This document shows positions 8,605-17,847 of a stretch of 64,000 nucleotides of DNA, piece after piece. A program made the translations under genes and the position numbers. Origin of the DNA: Minisyncoccota bacterium (GTDB lineage: Bacteria > Patescibacteriota > Minisyncoccia > UBA6257 > 2-01-FULL-56-20); the NCBI GenBank assembly GCA_035541435.1, contig DATKNL010000010.1, positions 94,477-158,476 of the forward strand, given 5' to 3'. Under the pieces are notes generated by a model that was not told where the DNA came from, did not search any database, and saw nothing but the letters and a program-made list of their open reading frames with translations. Position 1 is the first letter of the stretch; each line of letters begins with the position of its first letter.

Positions 8605-9201
8605 ATGGACAGAATTTCACGACGGACGAAGGCCCTTGTGGCCTTCATTATTCTTGTAGCGGGCGGGTTTGCGATCACGGTCGTGTGGGGGAGCAGGAAT
8701 CAGGTTCCCGAGGCGTTCACCGACGCCCGCTTGCAGGGCGCCCTCATTTCCCAGACGATCGTAGGCATTTCGAATTCCTCGACCCAGGAGCTCGCCGAGA
8801 TCAACGCGCTTGACCGGAGCGGGAACTACGCCCAGGCGCTTTCCCTTACGACCGACCTCGTGAACCAGAGCCAGCAGCTCCGGGACCAGGGGGTCAAGCT
8901 GTCGAATCAGGTCGGGACGATGACGCAGAGCCTGTCGAGCATCAATTCGTTCTATGCGCAGCAGGCGGCGCTCGAGTCGATCTCGAGCCGGCTCGCGCTC
9001 ATCAACCAGCTCATAACCTATAGCAACGACCTTGACCGGCTGCTCGCCGTGCTTCAGGCGCGTTTTTCGGGAACCTATGAGCCCGCCGGGACCGTGCAGG
9101 GCATCGTTGACCAGATCAACACCGACGTGAACGCGATCAACAACTTCAACACGCAGGCGGAGCAGGCGATGGATCAGTTTGATAAGATAGTGAACAAGTA
9201 G
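8605..9201 (+). CDS. Hypothetical membrane-anchored helical protein
   Basis: N-terminal TM helix then Q/N/S-rich amphipathic helices. Confidence 0.75.
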   Translation: MDRISRRTKALVAFIILVAGGFAITVVWGSRNQVPEAFTDARLQGALISQTIVGISNSSTQELAEINALDRSGNYAQALSLTTDLVNQSQQLRDQGVKLSNQVGTMTQSLSSINSFYAQQAALESISSRLALINQLITYSNDLDRLLAVLQARFSGTYEPAGTVQGIVDQINTDVNAINNFNTQAEQAMDQFDKIVNK

Positions 9202-9272
9202 GGCGCGTAGCTCAACGGCAGAGCAGACGTCTTATACACGTCCGGTTCCTGGTTCGAATCCAGGCGCGCCCA
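9201..9272 (+). tRNA. tRNA-Ile(TAT)
   Basis: GGGCGCG/CGCGCCC-A acceptor, GACGT-CTTATAC-ACGTC anticodon arm, CCTGG-TTCGAAT-CCAGG T-arm. Confidence 0.9.
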
Positions 9273-9351
9273 CATCGCGTTCCGCACCCCGCGCAATCAA
9301 AAAACCCCTCGAGCAGCGAGGAGCTTTTTGCAACGCACTATGTTCCGATCC

Positions 9352-9576
9352 TTACTTCATCGCCGGCATCGCGGTCTTCGAGCTGCAGGTGCCGCAGTTC
9401 TTGCCGTGGGTGACGGCTTCGAAGATCGCCGAAAGGCCAACGAGGACATAGACGACCATGGCGATCGTGCCGGTCCCGAGCGCCCAGGCGACAAGGTTCA
9501 TGCTGAAGGCGAAGAAAAGCCAGTTGATGCCGCCGATGACGAGGAGGATAAACGCAATGATGTGGAGTGTTTTCAT
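9352..9576 (-). CDS. DUF378 family small membrane protein
   Basis: ILLVIGGINW...VYVLVGLSAI pattern. Confidence 0.85.
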   Translation of the reverse strand: MKTLHIIAFILLVIGGINWLFFAFSMNLVAWALGTGTIAMVVYVLVGLSAIFEAVTHGKNCGTCSSKTAMPAMK

Positions 9577-9680
9577 GGGGATGAATTGCTCGCTCTACTT
9601 CGACCTTTTATTCATTATACCAATCGGCATGCGCCGCCGCGCCGCAAAGCGGCGTTTTCCATGCTGTTAACGGGGTGCCG

Positions 9681-11510
9681 CTAGGCCGTGATCGGCTTAA
9701 GCTTGTAAGGCTTAAGGAGGCCATAGAACTCGTCTCCTTCAAGCGTTTCCTTCTCAACCAGCGTGTCGGCGACCTTCTTAAGGGCGGCTTTGTGGGTCTT
9801 AAGGATCCGCTCCGCGGTCTGATAGGCGTGCGTGAGGAATCCACGAACCTGCTTGTCGATCTCTGCGGCGACCTCTTCGGAATAATCCTTTTCCGACGAG
9901 ATCTCGCGGCCGAGGAAGACGAGGTCCTCGCTCTTGCCGAAGGTCATCGGTCCGAGGTCGCTCATGCCATATTTCGTGACGAGCCGCCGCGCGAGGTCGG
10001 ATGCCTGCTTGAGATCGTTCGAGGCTCCCGTCGAGACGTCGCCGAATGTCAGCTTTTCGGATGCGTAGCCGCCCATCATCATGGCGAGGTCGGCGAGGAA
10101 CTGCGCGCGCGTGCGCAGATGCTGGTCTTCGGTCGGCAGCTTCATCGTATAGCCGCCGGCGAATCCGCGGCTGATGATCGAGACCTTCTGTACGGGATCG
10201 GCATCCTTCACGCCGGCCGCGACGAGGGCATGGCCGCCCTCGTGATAGGCGGTGATCTCCTTTTCGCGCTGCGAGATGACGCGGCTCCGGCGCTCGGGGC
10301 CGAGGATGACCTTCTCGGCGGCTTCGAACAGCTCTTCCTGGCCGATGATCTTCTTGCCGCGCCGCGCCGCGATGATCGCGCCTTCGTTCATGAGGTTTGC
10401 CAGGTCGGCGCCCGAGAAGCCCGGCGTACGGATGGCGACCTTGCGGAGATCGATGCTCTTGTCGAGGAGCTTGCCTTCGGCGTGGATCCTGAGGATCGAT
10501 TCGCGGTCATTCATGTCGGGAAGGTCGAGGATCACGCGGCGGTCGAACCGTCCGGGACGGAGGAGGGCCGGATCGAGGATGTCGGGACGGTTGGTTGCGG
10601 CGAGCACGATCACGCGGGTGTCGCGGTCGAAGCCGTCCATTTCGACGAGGATCTGGTTCAGCGTCTGTTCGCGCTCGTCGTTGCCGCCGCCGAGGCCGGC
10701 GCCCCGCTGGCGTCCCACGGCGTCGATTTCATCGATGAACAGGATGGCCGGCGCGGCGCGTTTCGCGGTCATGAAGGCGTCGCGGGTTCGGGAGGCGCCC
10801 ACGCCGACGAACATCTCGACGAATTCGGAAGCCGAAATATAGAAGAAGGGAACGTTGCTTTCGCCGGCGACGGCGCGGGCGACAAGGGTCTTGCCGGTTC
10901 CCGGGGGTCCCATGAGCAGGATGCCGCGGGGGATCCGCGCTCCGAGGTCAAGGAATTTTTTAGGATTTTTTAAGAAGTCAACGACTTCGATCAGCTCCTC
11001 TTTCGCCTCCTTGAGGCCTGCGACGTCGCGGAACATGACCTTGTCCTTGAATGTCGAGAGCCTGAGGTTCGAGCGTCCGAAGCTGAAGGCCTGGTTCACG
11101 CCGGTGCGCGCCTGGCGGAACATGAGCCAGAAGAAGAGGGCGATGGCGAGGATCGGAAGGACCGTCGTGGCGAGGATGCCGGCCCAGAAGTTCCACTCGG
11201 ACTGGCTCTGCACTTCGAGCGTCACGCCGTCGAGGCTCGACGAGGTCACGCCGTAGTTGGCGAGCGTCTGCGTTATGCCGAGCTCGGCTTCCTTGTTGGA
11301 TTGCGCCGTGCTGCCGTCCTTGTAGGTCACGGTGAGCTGGTCGCCGTTCACGGTGATCTTCTTCACCTGTCCGGCGTTCACCTTTTGGGCGAGGTCGTTC
11401 AGGCTCACGGTCTGCGAAGGCGCCTGCGGGCCGGCGAAATAGGAAAAGATGAGCGAGAGGACGATCAGGGTTATGACGGCCCAAATGATGTTCTTGGTGA
11501 GGTTGGACAT
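9681..11510 (-). CDS. ftsH: ATP-dependent zinc metalloprotease FtsH
   Basis: Two TM helices, [29 protein letters not shown]. Confidence 0.98.
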   Translation of the reverse strand: MSNLTKNIIWAVITLIVLSLIFSYFAGPQAPSQTVSLNDLAQKVNAGQVKKITVNGDQLTVTYKDGSTAQSNKEAELGITQTLANYGVTSSSLDGVTLEVQSQSEWNFWAGILATTVLPILAIALFFWLMFRQARTGVNQAFSFGRSNLRLSTFKDKVMFRDVAGLKEAKEELIEVVDFLKNPKKFLDLGARIPRGILLMGPPGTGKTLVARAVAGESNVPFFYISASEFVEMFVGVGASRTRDAFMTAKRAAPAILFIDEIDAVGRQRGAGLGGGNDEREQTLNQILVEMDGFDRDTRVIVLAATNRPDILDPALLRPGRFDRRVILDLPDMNDRESILRIHAEGKLLDKSIDLRKVAIRTPGFSGADLANLMNEGAIIAARRGKKIIGQEELFEAAEKVILGPERRSRVISQREKEITAYHEGGHALVAAGVKDADPVQKVSIISRGFAGGYTMKLPTEDQHLRTRAQFLADLAMMMGGYASEKLTFGDVSTGASNDLKQASDLARRLVTKYGMSDLGPMTFGKSEDLVFLGREISSEKDYSEEVAAEIDKQVRGFLTHAYQTAERILKTHKAALKKVADTLVEKETLEGDEFYGLLKPYKLKPITA

Positions 11511-11676
11511 GGTTAGTGATACGAGAGACGGTTAAGCGCAGGTGCGTCAGAGCTCCTGCGCGTTTGTATATACGTATAGTTTAAGAGAAATATTTTGGAG
11601 GGTCAAAACGAGAGCAGCGGAAAGGACAATCCTTGTGCTTTTGAATGAATCAGATTATCCTTGTGTTGTTTAGGAT

Positions 11677-11749
11677 GGTGCCTATAGTGTAACGGTTAGC
11701 ACTAGGGTCTGTGGCACCCTCGGTTCGGGTTCAAATCCCGATAGGCACC
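11677..11749 (+). tRNA. tRNA-His(GTG)
   Basis: G-1 plus GTGCCTA/TAGGCAC-C, AGGGT-CTGTGGC-ACCCT, TCGGG-TTCAAAT-CCCGA. Confidence 0.93.
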
Positions 11750-11803
11750 CAAGAAAAAAGCGCCACTCAAGCGGCGCGCGGTCTCGCAGCGTCGCGCGCG
11801 ACC

Positions 11804-12151
11804 TTACAGGCTGTTCAGATAATTGGCGATATCCGCTCCGCGTTGCAGGAGCGTTGGCTTGTCCTCGGTTTCGGCGAGCGCGCGCATGAGGTCCTCGAGC
11901 TTGCCGACATCTTCGGGGTAAATGGTCTTCAAGCCGCTCCATCCGAGGGAGGCATTGAGCGAAGCTTTGAGTTGCTCAAGCTGCCCCGGGGTCAGGGTCT
12001 CGATGATGGACGCAAGGGGCGATTTCTTTTCGTGAAGCGCGGCCATGATGCCCGCCCATTCGAGCACATGGCGCTCCTCGTCGCTCCCGGGCTCGTACGT
12101 CCGGCTTTCGCCGAAATCGCCCAAATGTTCCTTAGGAAGTCCTTCGTTCAT
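11804..12151 (-). CDS. Hypothetical protein
   Basis: 115-aa ORF with TGCTAGAAT 9 nt upstream of the ATG. Confidence 0.6.
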   Translation of the reverse strand: MNEGLPKEHLGDFGESRTYEPGSDEERHVLEWAGIMAALHEKKSPLASIIETLTPGQLEQLKASLNASLGWSGLKTIYPEDVGKLEDLMRALAETEDKPTLLQRGADIANYLNSL

Positions 12152-12279
12152 GACGCCTTCATTCTAGCAGAACGGCTTCGGATGCGGGCATGCGGAACGG
12201 AAAAGAGGTATTATAAATGGCATGATCTAGGGCCTTTCAAGCATGCCGGCAGTCAATAAACCTTATTTTTACCTTCTTT

Positions 12280-13551
12280 ATGAACCTTCATGATCCCGTG
12301 CTTGAAAAGCTAATAAAAGAGGAATTGCGGCGGCAGCGCGAATCCCTCGATTTCATTCCCTCTGAAAACATCGTTTCGAAAGAGGTGCTCGAGGCCCTCG
12401 GTTCGGCGCTCACGAACAAGTATGCCGAAGGCTATGCGGGTGCCCGTTATTACGGCGGCAACCAGTACGTCGACCAGATCGAGACGCTCTGCAAGGAGCG
12501 CGCGCTCAAGGTCTTCAGGCTTTCGCCGAAGCAGTGGCACGTGAACGTGCAGCCCTATTCCGGTTCGCCGGCGAACCTCGCCGCATATCTTGCGCTCGTC
12601 GCGCCGGGCGAGAAGATCATGGGCATGGAGCTTGCGATGGGCGGCCATCTGACGCACGGACACACGGTGAGCGCGACGGGAAAATTCTGGAACGCGATCC
12701 GCTACGGCGTCGACAAGAAGACCGAGACGCTCGACTATGATGCCGTCGCGCGGCTGGTGAGGCGCGAGCGCCCAAAGCTCATCGTCGCAGGATTCACCGC
12801 CTATCCGCGCACGATCGATTTCGCGAAGTTCCGAAAGATCGCCGACGCCATGGGCGCCTATCTCATGGTCGACATGTCCCATTTCGCGGGACTCGTCGCC
12901 GGCGGCGCGCATCCGTCGCCGTTCCCTTATGCCGACGTCGTGACGACGACGACGCACAAGACGCTGCGCGGACCGCGTGGAGCGATGATCTTCGCGAACC
13001 GCGATTCGAAGATCGCCGCCAAGCATTTCAAGGGGACGAAGCTCGACATTGCGAAAGCGATCGACCGCGCGGTGTTCCCCGGGCTGCAGGGCGGTCCGCA
13101 CGTGAATCAGATTGCGGCGACGGCCGTCGCCCTTCGCGAGGATGCCGCGCCGGCGTTCAAAAAGTACGCGCATCAGGTCGTGAAGAATTCGCGGACGCTT
13201 GCGCGCGAGCTGCAGCGGCTTGGCTGGCGCATCGTCTCGGGCGGCAGCGACACGCACCTCATCCTGATCGACGTCGCCTCGCGCGGGTTGTCCGGCAAGG
13301 AGGCGAGCCAGCGGCTCGAGAACAGCAACATCATCGCGAACAAGAACACGATCCCGTTCGATCCGCGACCGCCGATGGATCCGTCGGGCATCCGGCTTGG
13401 GACCCCGGCGCTCACGACGCGCGGCATGAAGGAGCGCGAGATGAAGGTCGTCGCGAAGCTTCTCGACGACGTGCTTGGCAAGGATAGGAACGTGAAGGCG
13501 GACGTCGTGAAGCTCTGCAAAAAATTCCCGCTCGCATCGCTCGCGGGCTGA
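12280..13551 (+). CDS. glyA: Serine hydroxymethyltransferase
   Basis: TNKYAEGY, GGHLTHG, VTTTTHKTLRGPRG, SGIRLGT. Confidence 0.98.
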   Translation: MNLHDPVLEKLIKEELRRQRESLDFIPSENIVSKEVLEALGSALTNKYAEGYAGARYYGGNQYVDQIETLCKERALKVFRLSPKQWHVNVQPYSGSPANLAAYLALVAPGEKIMGMELAMGGHLTHGHTVSATGKFWNAIRYGVDKKTETLDYDAVARLVRRERPKLIVAGFTAYPRTIDFAKFRKIADAMGAYLMVDMSHFAGLVAGGAHPSPFPYADVVTTTTHKTLRGPRGAMIFANRDSKIAAKHFKGTKLDIAKAIDRAVFPGLQGGPHVNQIAATAVALREDAAPAFKKYAHQVVKNSRTLARELQRLGWRIVSGGSDTHLILIDVASRGLSGKEASQRLENSNIIANKNTIPFDPRPPMDPSGIRLGTPALTTRGMKEREMKVVAKLLDDVLGKDRNVKADVVKLCKKFPLASLAG

Positions 13552-13563
13552 CCCCGTCACGGC

Positions 13564-14196
13564 ATGAACAGGAAGATCCTCCATCTCAAGCGGAGCGATC
13601 CCGTCATGAAGTCGCTCATCGAAGGGATCACGCTTCGCGCGATCTCGAACCGGCGCGGCCACTTCGAGGCGCTCGTCGAAGCGATCGTGAGCCAGCAGCT
13701 TTCGGTGAAGGCGGCCGACACGATCTTTGCGCGCCTCGTCGCCCTGGTTCCCGGCAAGCCGTTCCCGACGCCGCAGGACTTCCTGGCGCTGTCGCCCCGC
13801 CGGATGCGTTCGGCTGGCCTTTCGCGCATGAAGGTGAGCTTCATCAAGGATCTTGCGCGCAAGGTCCTTGACGGGACCGTCGACCTGAAAAAGATCGGGA
13901 CGTGGACCGATGACGAGGTCGTCGAGCACCTTACGGCCGTGAAGGGGATCGGGACGTGGACGGCCGAGATGTTCCTGATCTTTTCCCTCGGACGGGAAGA
14001 CGTCTTCTCGTATGGCGACTTGGGCTTGCGGAACGCGATCAAAAAGGCCTATAACTTGAGGAAGCCGCCGAGCGAGCAGCGCGCCAGGGCGATCGCGCTG
14101 CGGTGGAAGCCGTACCGCAGCCTGGCGAGCCGCTATCTCTGGGCGAGCCTCGGCAATACGCCGGTTCAAAAGAAGCAGAAAAGGAAACGACCATGA
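13564..14196 (+). CDS. DNA-3-methyladenine glycosylase (AlkA/HhH-GPD)
   Basis: IVSQQLS, VKGIGTWTAEMFLIF, DLGLR, WKPYRS. Confidence 0.92.
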   Translation: MNRKILHLKRSDPVMKSLIEGITLRAISNRRGHFEALVEAIVSQQLSVKAADTIFARLVALVPGKPFPTPQDFLALSPRRMRSAGLSRMKVSFIKDLARKVLDGTVDLKKIGTWTDDEVVEHLTAVKGIGTWTAEMFLIFSLGREDVFSYGDLGLRNAIKKAYNLRKPPSEQRARAIALRWKPYRSLASRYLWASLGNTPVQKKQKRKRP

Positions 14197-15002
14197 TCAT
14201 CGACGGCAAGGCCATCGCGCAGGGAGTCGTCAGGCGCCTTTCGGCGCTCCCGCGTCCGCAGAAGTTTTTCGGCGCGGCGCTCGTGGGCGACGATCCGGCG
14301 TCGGTCAATTTTCTCAAACAGAAGGAACGCGTGGCGAAGGAGCTCGGCGTCGAGTTCCGTCTTTACCATCTTTCGGATTCGATGACGACCGACGACCTTC
14401 GCCGCGAGATCGGGCGTCTTGCCGAACCGAAAAACTGCGGAGGGTTCATCGTGCAGCTTCCGCTTCCCGAGCGCGTGAACCGGCATTACGTGCTGAACGC
14501 GATCCCGAAGGACAAGGATGCCGACTGCCTTGGCGAGCCGGCGCTCGGCGCGTTCTATACCGAGCGGGGGACTGTCGCGCCGCCGTCGGTCGGCGTCGTC
14601 GAACAGATCCTGCAGCTCGAGCACATGAATCTTCGCGAAAAGAAAGTCGTCATGGTGGGTGCGGGGTTCCTCATCGGGAAGCCGATCGGCTTCTGGCTGC
14701 AGAACCGGGTTTCGGAACTCGTCGTGCTCGACGTGCACGTGAAGAATCTCGACGAAAAGCTGCGGGACGCCGACATCGTCATCAGCGGCGCCGGTCACGC
14801 GGGATTGTTTGGCGCCAAACAATTGAAAGAGGGGGCGCTCGTCATTGATTTCGGGTTCAATCAGCACGACGGCAAAATCATGGGGGACTTCGATTCCGAA
14901 GGCGCCGAGGACCGGCGGATCAGCTATACGAAAACCCCCGGCGGTACCGGACCGATCCTCGTCGCCGAACTGTTCGACAATTTCTATAAGCTGAACGGAT
15001 AG
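14193..15002 (+). CDS. folD: Methylenetetrahydrofolate dehydrogenase/cyclohydrolase
   Basis: MIIDGKAIA, VGDDPAS, IVQLPLP, KDAD, TPGGTGP. Confidence 0.92.
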   Translation: MIIDGKAIAQGVVRRLSALPRPQKFFGAALVGDDPASVNFLKQKERVAKELGVEFRLYHLSDSMTTDDLRREIGRLAEPKNCGGFIVQLPLPERVNRHYVLNAIPKDKDADCLGEPALGAFYTERGTVAPPSVGVVEQILQLEHMNLREKKVVMVGAGFLIGKPIGFWLQNRVSELVVLDVHVKNLDEKLRDADIVISGAGHAGLFGAKQLKEGALVIDFGFNQHDGKIMGDFDSEGAEDRRISYTKTPGGTGPILVAELFDNFYKLNG

Positions 15003-15004
15003 GG

Positions 15005-15076
15005 TGCGCGCTCGAGGGATCGGACCTCGGACCTACTCGGTGTAAACGAGTCGCTCTACCACTGAGCTAAGCGCGC
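15005..15076 (-). tRNA. tRNA-Val(TAC)
   Basis: GCGCGCT/AGCGCGC-A, ACTCG-TTTACAC-CGAGT, CGAGG-TCCGATC-CCTCG. Confidence 0.9.
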
Positions 15077-15124
15077 CGTCCGCATCACTATACGGATTCC
15101 TGCCGATATTTCAATAAAAAAAGA

Positions 15125-15154
15125 AAAAGCTCGCGGGCTGATGCGCGAGCTTTT
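15125..15154. terminator. Bidirectional terminator
   Basis: AAAAGCTCGCG-N8-CGCGAGCTTTT. Confidence 0.75.
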
Positions 15155-15397
15155 GGATCACCTCCTCTCTCCCTTGGCAGGGACCTCGTCAGCCTCGAGG
15201 ATGAGGGTTCGCTCTCACTTGCGACCGGATCGTGTTGGCATTCTGCCTCGATGGCAAGCGCGGCGATAAGGTGTGAATCTCATGCTGTGGGGCTCCTCCG
15301 ACGCCCATGCTAGGATTGCTAACTTCATTATAGACCAGGCGCCTGTGCAGGTGTTGTGGATAATGTTATATAATGATGGGGAAGGAACCTGAATGAC

Positions 15398-16039
15398 ATG
15401 AGGAAAAGCGAATGGGTCATGCTTCTGATCGTGGCCGCGGCCGCCGTTACGGCGTGGGTTTTCTATCCTCAGCTGCCGCCGCTCGTCGCCGTGCATTGGG
15501 ATTCCCATGGGGTGGTGAACGGCTATTTTGCCCGGGAATCGGGCGTCGCCATCTTCCCCATCGTCATCGCGGCCCTTTTCATCATCTTTTTCATCATTCC
15601 CCGCATTGATCCAAGGAGGGAGAACATCAGGAAGTTCAGGCGCTATTACAACTATCTCGTCATAGCGATCGCGCTGTTCTTCTATTATCTCTTCGGGCTT
15701 TTCCTCGCCTGGAACCTCGGCTTGCAGTTCGACATGCTCGAGGTGCTCGTGCCCGCGTTCGCCGTCCTTTTCTGGGTCATAGGAGCGGTCCTGCCGCATA
15801 CCCAGCCTAACTGGTTCATCGGGATCCGCACGCCGTGGACCATCTCGAGCGCCGATGTCTGGCGCAAGACCCACGAGCTTGGCGGGATCCTCTTCAGGGC
15901 GTCGGCCGTCATGTCGCTCTTTGGCATCTTCGTGCCTCCGTCCGCGCTTCCGCTCATGCTCATCTCGGTCGTCCTTTCGTCAATCGTCCTCGTCGTCTAT
16001 TCATACTTCATTTACGAAAAGGAACGGAAGACGGCGTAG
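15398..16039 (+). CDS. SdpI/DUF1648 family membrane protein
   Basis: LPPLVAVHW, NWFIGIRTPWT..DVWRKTH, multiple TM helices. Confidence 0.9.
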   Translation: MRKSEWVMLLIVAAAAVTAWVFYPQLPPLVAVHWDSHGVVNGYFARESGVAIFPIVIAALFIIFFIIPRIDPRRENIRKFRRYYNYLVIAIALFFYYLFGLFLAWNLGLQFDMLEVLVPAFAVLFWVIGAVLPHTQPNWFIGIRTPWTISSADVWRKTHELGGILFRASAVMSLFGIFVPPSALPLMLISVVLSSIVLVVYSYFIYEKERKTA

Positions 16040-16045
16040 GCGACG

Positions 16046-17188
16046 ATGAGAGTCCTGATTGTCGGTGCCGGTTTGGGCGGCCTTGCCTTGGCAGCTTTTT
16101 TGGATAGCTGCGGCATCGAATACGTCATCGTCGAAAAACATTCGGACTGGCTGCGTGAGGGATATTCCCTGGGTCTTTGGAACAACGGACGGGCCATGCT
16201 CAAAAAGCTGGGATTGTCAGAAATGCTTGATGAGCACGAAATCACGTTTCAGCGCTTTTTGATTTGCGACGGGAATGGCGCGATCCTTCGGGAGTACAAC
16301 CTGTCTAGATTCTATGCCGAGTTCGGTATGGGGTATTCGCATGTAAGGCGAGCGGACCTTCACGATTGGCTGCTTCGAAACGTGAAGCATCCCATTCGGA
16401 TGAATACGTCGCTCATTGCCCTGAATAATTCGATGACGAATGTGGAGGCAACCTTTTCCGATGGCGGCAGGGAAGTGTTCGATCTTGTGGTCGGCGCTGA
16501 CGGGATCCATTCCGACGTTCGAAGCATGTGCTTCGAACGTCATTTGGAATCCTATACGAATTGGCGGGCCTGGTATGTCTGGGTCAGAAGATCTTTTGCG
16601 CAGCCAAGGACCGTTTCCGAATATGTCGCCCCAAATGAATTCGCCGCGGTATTCGATGAGGGCGACAAGGCCCTGGCGGTGCTCGTGGCTCGAACCGATC
16701 ATTCGCTCTGGGATGCTCCCGAGAACAGAATCGAACGACTCAAGGCGTTATTCAAAGGCGAACCGGTCCTCATCCCCGAGATCCTGAATGGTGCTACCGC
16801 CGAAAACATCCTGCCCGTTGATCTCGTCGAGATCTCATTGAAAAAGTGGTCAGTCGGAAGAGTCGTGCTCATCGGCGATGCCGCACACGGATTCGAGCCG
16901 TTTGCCGGTCTCGGCGGTTCGCTGGCGATGGAGGATGCCTATGTTCTCGCCGGTGAATTGAAGAAGGCGCCCGATGCGAGTGAAGGCGCGATCTCGCGTG
17001 CGCTTGAAGCATATGAGGCCAAGCGGCGCAGGCGGGTCGAGGAGGCCCGAACGTTGACCAACCGCATGCAGGGGTGGGCGACTATTCGCTCCCCGTTATT
17101 GAGAAAGATCGTCAACCGGTGCGTCCCGTTCCTTCCGGAGTCATGGATAACGGACAACTATTTTTCCTTCATGCGGGAGGAGATTTGA
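16046..17188 (+). CDS. FAD-dependent monooxygenase
   Basis: IVGAGLGG, VGADGIHS, LIGDAAH..GGSLAMEDA; codon usage less GC-skewed than core genes. Confidence 0.92.
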   Translation: MRVLIVGAGLGGLALAAFLDSCGIEYVIVEKHSDWLREGYSLGLWNNGRAMLKKLGLSEMLDEHEITFQRFLICDGNGAILREYNLSRFYAEFGMGYSHVRRADLHDWLLRNVKHPIRMNTSLIALNNSMTNVEATFSDGGREVFDLVVGADGIHSDVRSMCFERHLESYTNWRAWYVWVRRSFAQPRTVSEYVAPNEFAAVFDEGDKALAVLVARTDHSLWDAPENRIERLKALFKGEPVLIPEILNGATAENILPVDLVEISLKKWSVGRVVLIGDAAHGFEPFAGLGGSLAMEDAYVLAGELKKAPDASEGAISRALEAYEAKRRRRVEEARTLTNRMQGWATIRSPLLRKIVNRCVPFLPESWITDNYFSFMREEI

Positions 17189-17194
17189 TTCGGT

Positions 17195-17434
17195 CGCCCT
17201 CGGAGGGAATCGCCCGCGACTCAAATGCTCGCCGCCGCTCGCATTTGGTCTGGGCACCGCCTCGCCGGAATTTTCTGCTGAAAATTCCGGCTCCGGCGTT
17301 CGATTCCCTCTAAGACAACAAACAGCAGGAATATGCCTCGAAAGGGAGCCTCGGAGGCACGTAGGTGCCGAGAGCCTAGGCGCGTGTTCAGCAGAACACG
17401 ACGCCGTCCCTTTCGAGACATATTCCTGCTGTTG
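17195..17434 (-). mobile_element. 240-bp structured element at the tRNA-Arg 3' end, bounded by an 18-bp direct repeat
   Basis: CGCCCTCGGAGGGAATCG at 17195-17212 and 17435-17452; 27-bp inverted repeat 17321-17347/17407-17433; inverted T-arm copy 17298-17310. Confidence 0.75.
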
Positions 17435-17506
17435 CGCCCTCGGAGGGAATCGAACCCCCATAACCAGCTTAGAAGTCTGGCGTTCTATCCATTGAACTAC
17501 GAGGGC
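17435..17506 (-). tRNA. tRNA-Arg(TCT)
   Basis: GCCCTCG/CGAGGGC-G, CCAGA-CTTCTAA-GCTGG, GGGGG-TTCGATT-CCCTC. Confidence 0.9.
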
Positions 17507-17584
17507 ACGGGCATCGCGGCGGACGCCGTGCGTGCATTGATTCTAATCCAAAAATGGGCTAGGTTGAAGTGGCGCGTTTGCGAC

Positions 17585-17655
17585 CGGGCCGTAGTGTAAC
17601 GGTAGCACGAGTCCTTTGGGAGGATTTAGTCCGAGTTCAAATCTCGGCGGCCCGA
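17585..17655 (+). tRNA. tRNA-Pro(TGG)
   Basis: CGGGCCG/CGGCCCG-A, AGTCC-TTTGGGA-GGATT, CCGAG-TTCAAAT-CTCGG. Confidence 0.92.
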
Positions 17656-17721
17656 CAGGAAGATGGGCGGCCACGCTTGTTTTCGAAAGCGGAATACGAT
17701 AAGATGAAAACCGCTTTGTGC

Positions 17722-17792
17722 GCCGCGGTAGCTCAACGGTAGAGCGGGCGCCTGAAGAGCGTTATACGGGTGTTCAACTCACCCCCGCGGCA
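17722..17792 (+). tRNA. tRNA-Phe(GAA)
   Basis: GCCGCGG/CCGCGGC-A, GGCGC-CTGAAGA-GCGTT, GGGTG-TTCAACT-CACCC. Confidence 0.9.
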
Positions 17793-17800
17793 CAGGCAGG

Positions 17801-17829
17801 AAAAATCCGGCACAGCATGCCGGATTTTT
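17801..17829. terminator. Bidirectional terminator between tRNA-Phe and the S1 gene
   Basis: AAAATCCGGCA-CAGCA-TGCCGGATTTT. Confidence 0.8.
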
Positions 17830-17847
17830 CGTTCGCGGTCGGTTCGG

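Noticed and set aside
8441-8620. 60-aa N-terminal extension of the dehydrogenase
   Set aside because: It is the tRNA-Gly gene and its promoter read in frame.
15154-15166. 16S rRNA fragment
   Set aside because: Only 13 nt match; the flanks show no rRNA helix 44/45 sequence.
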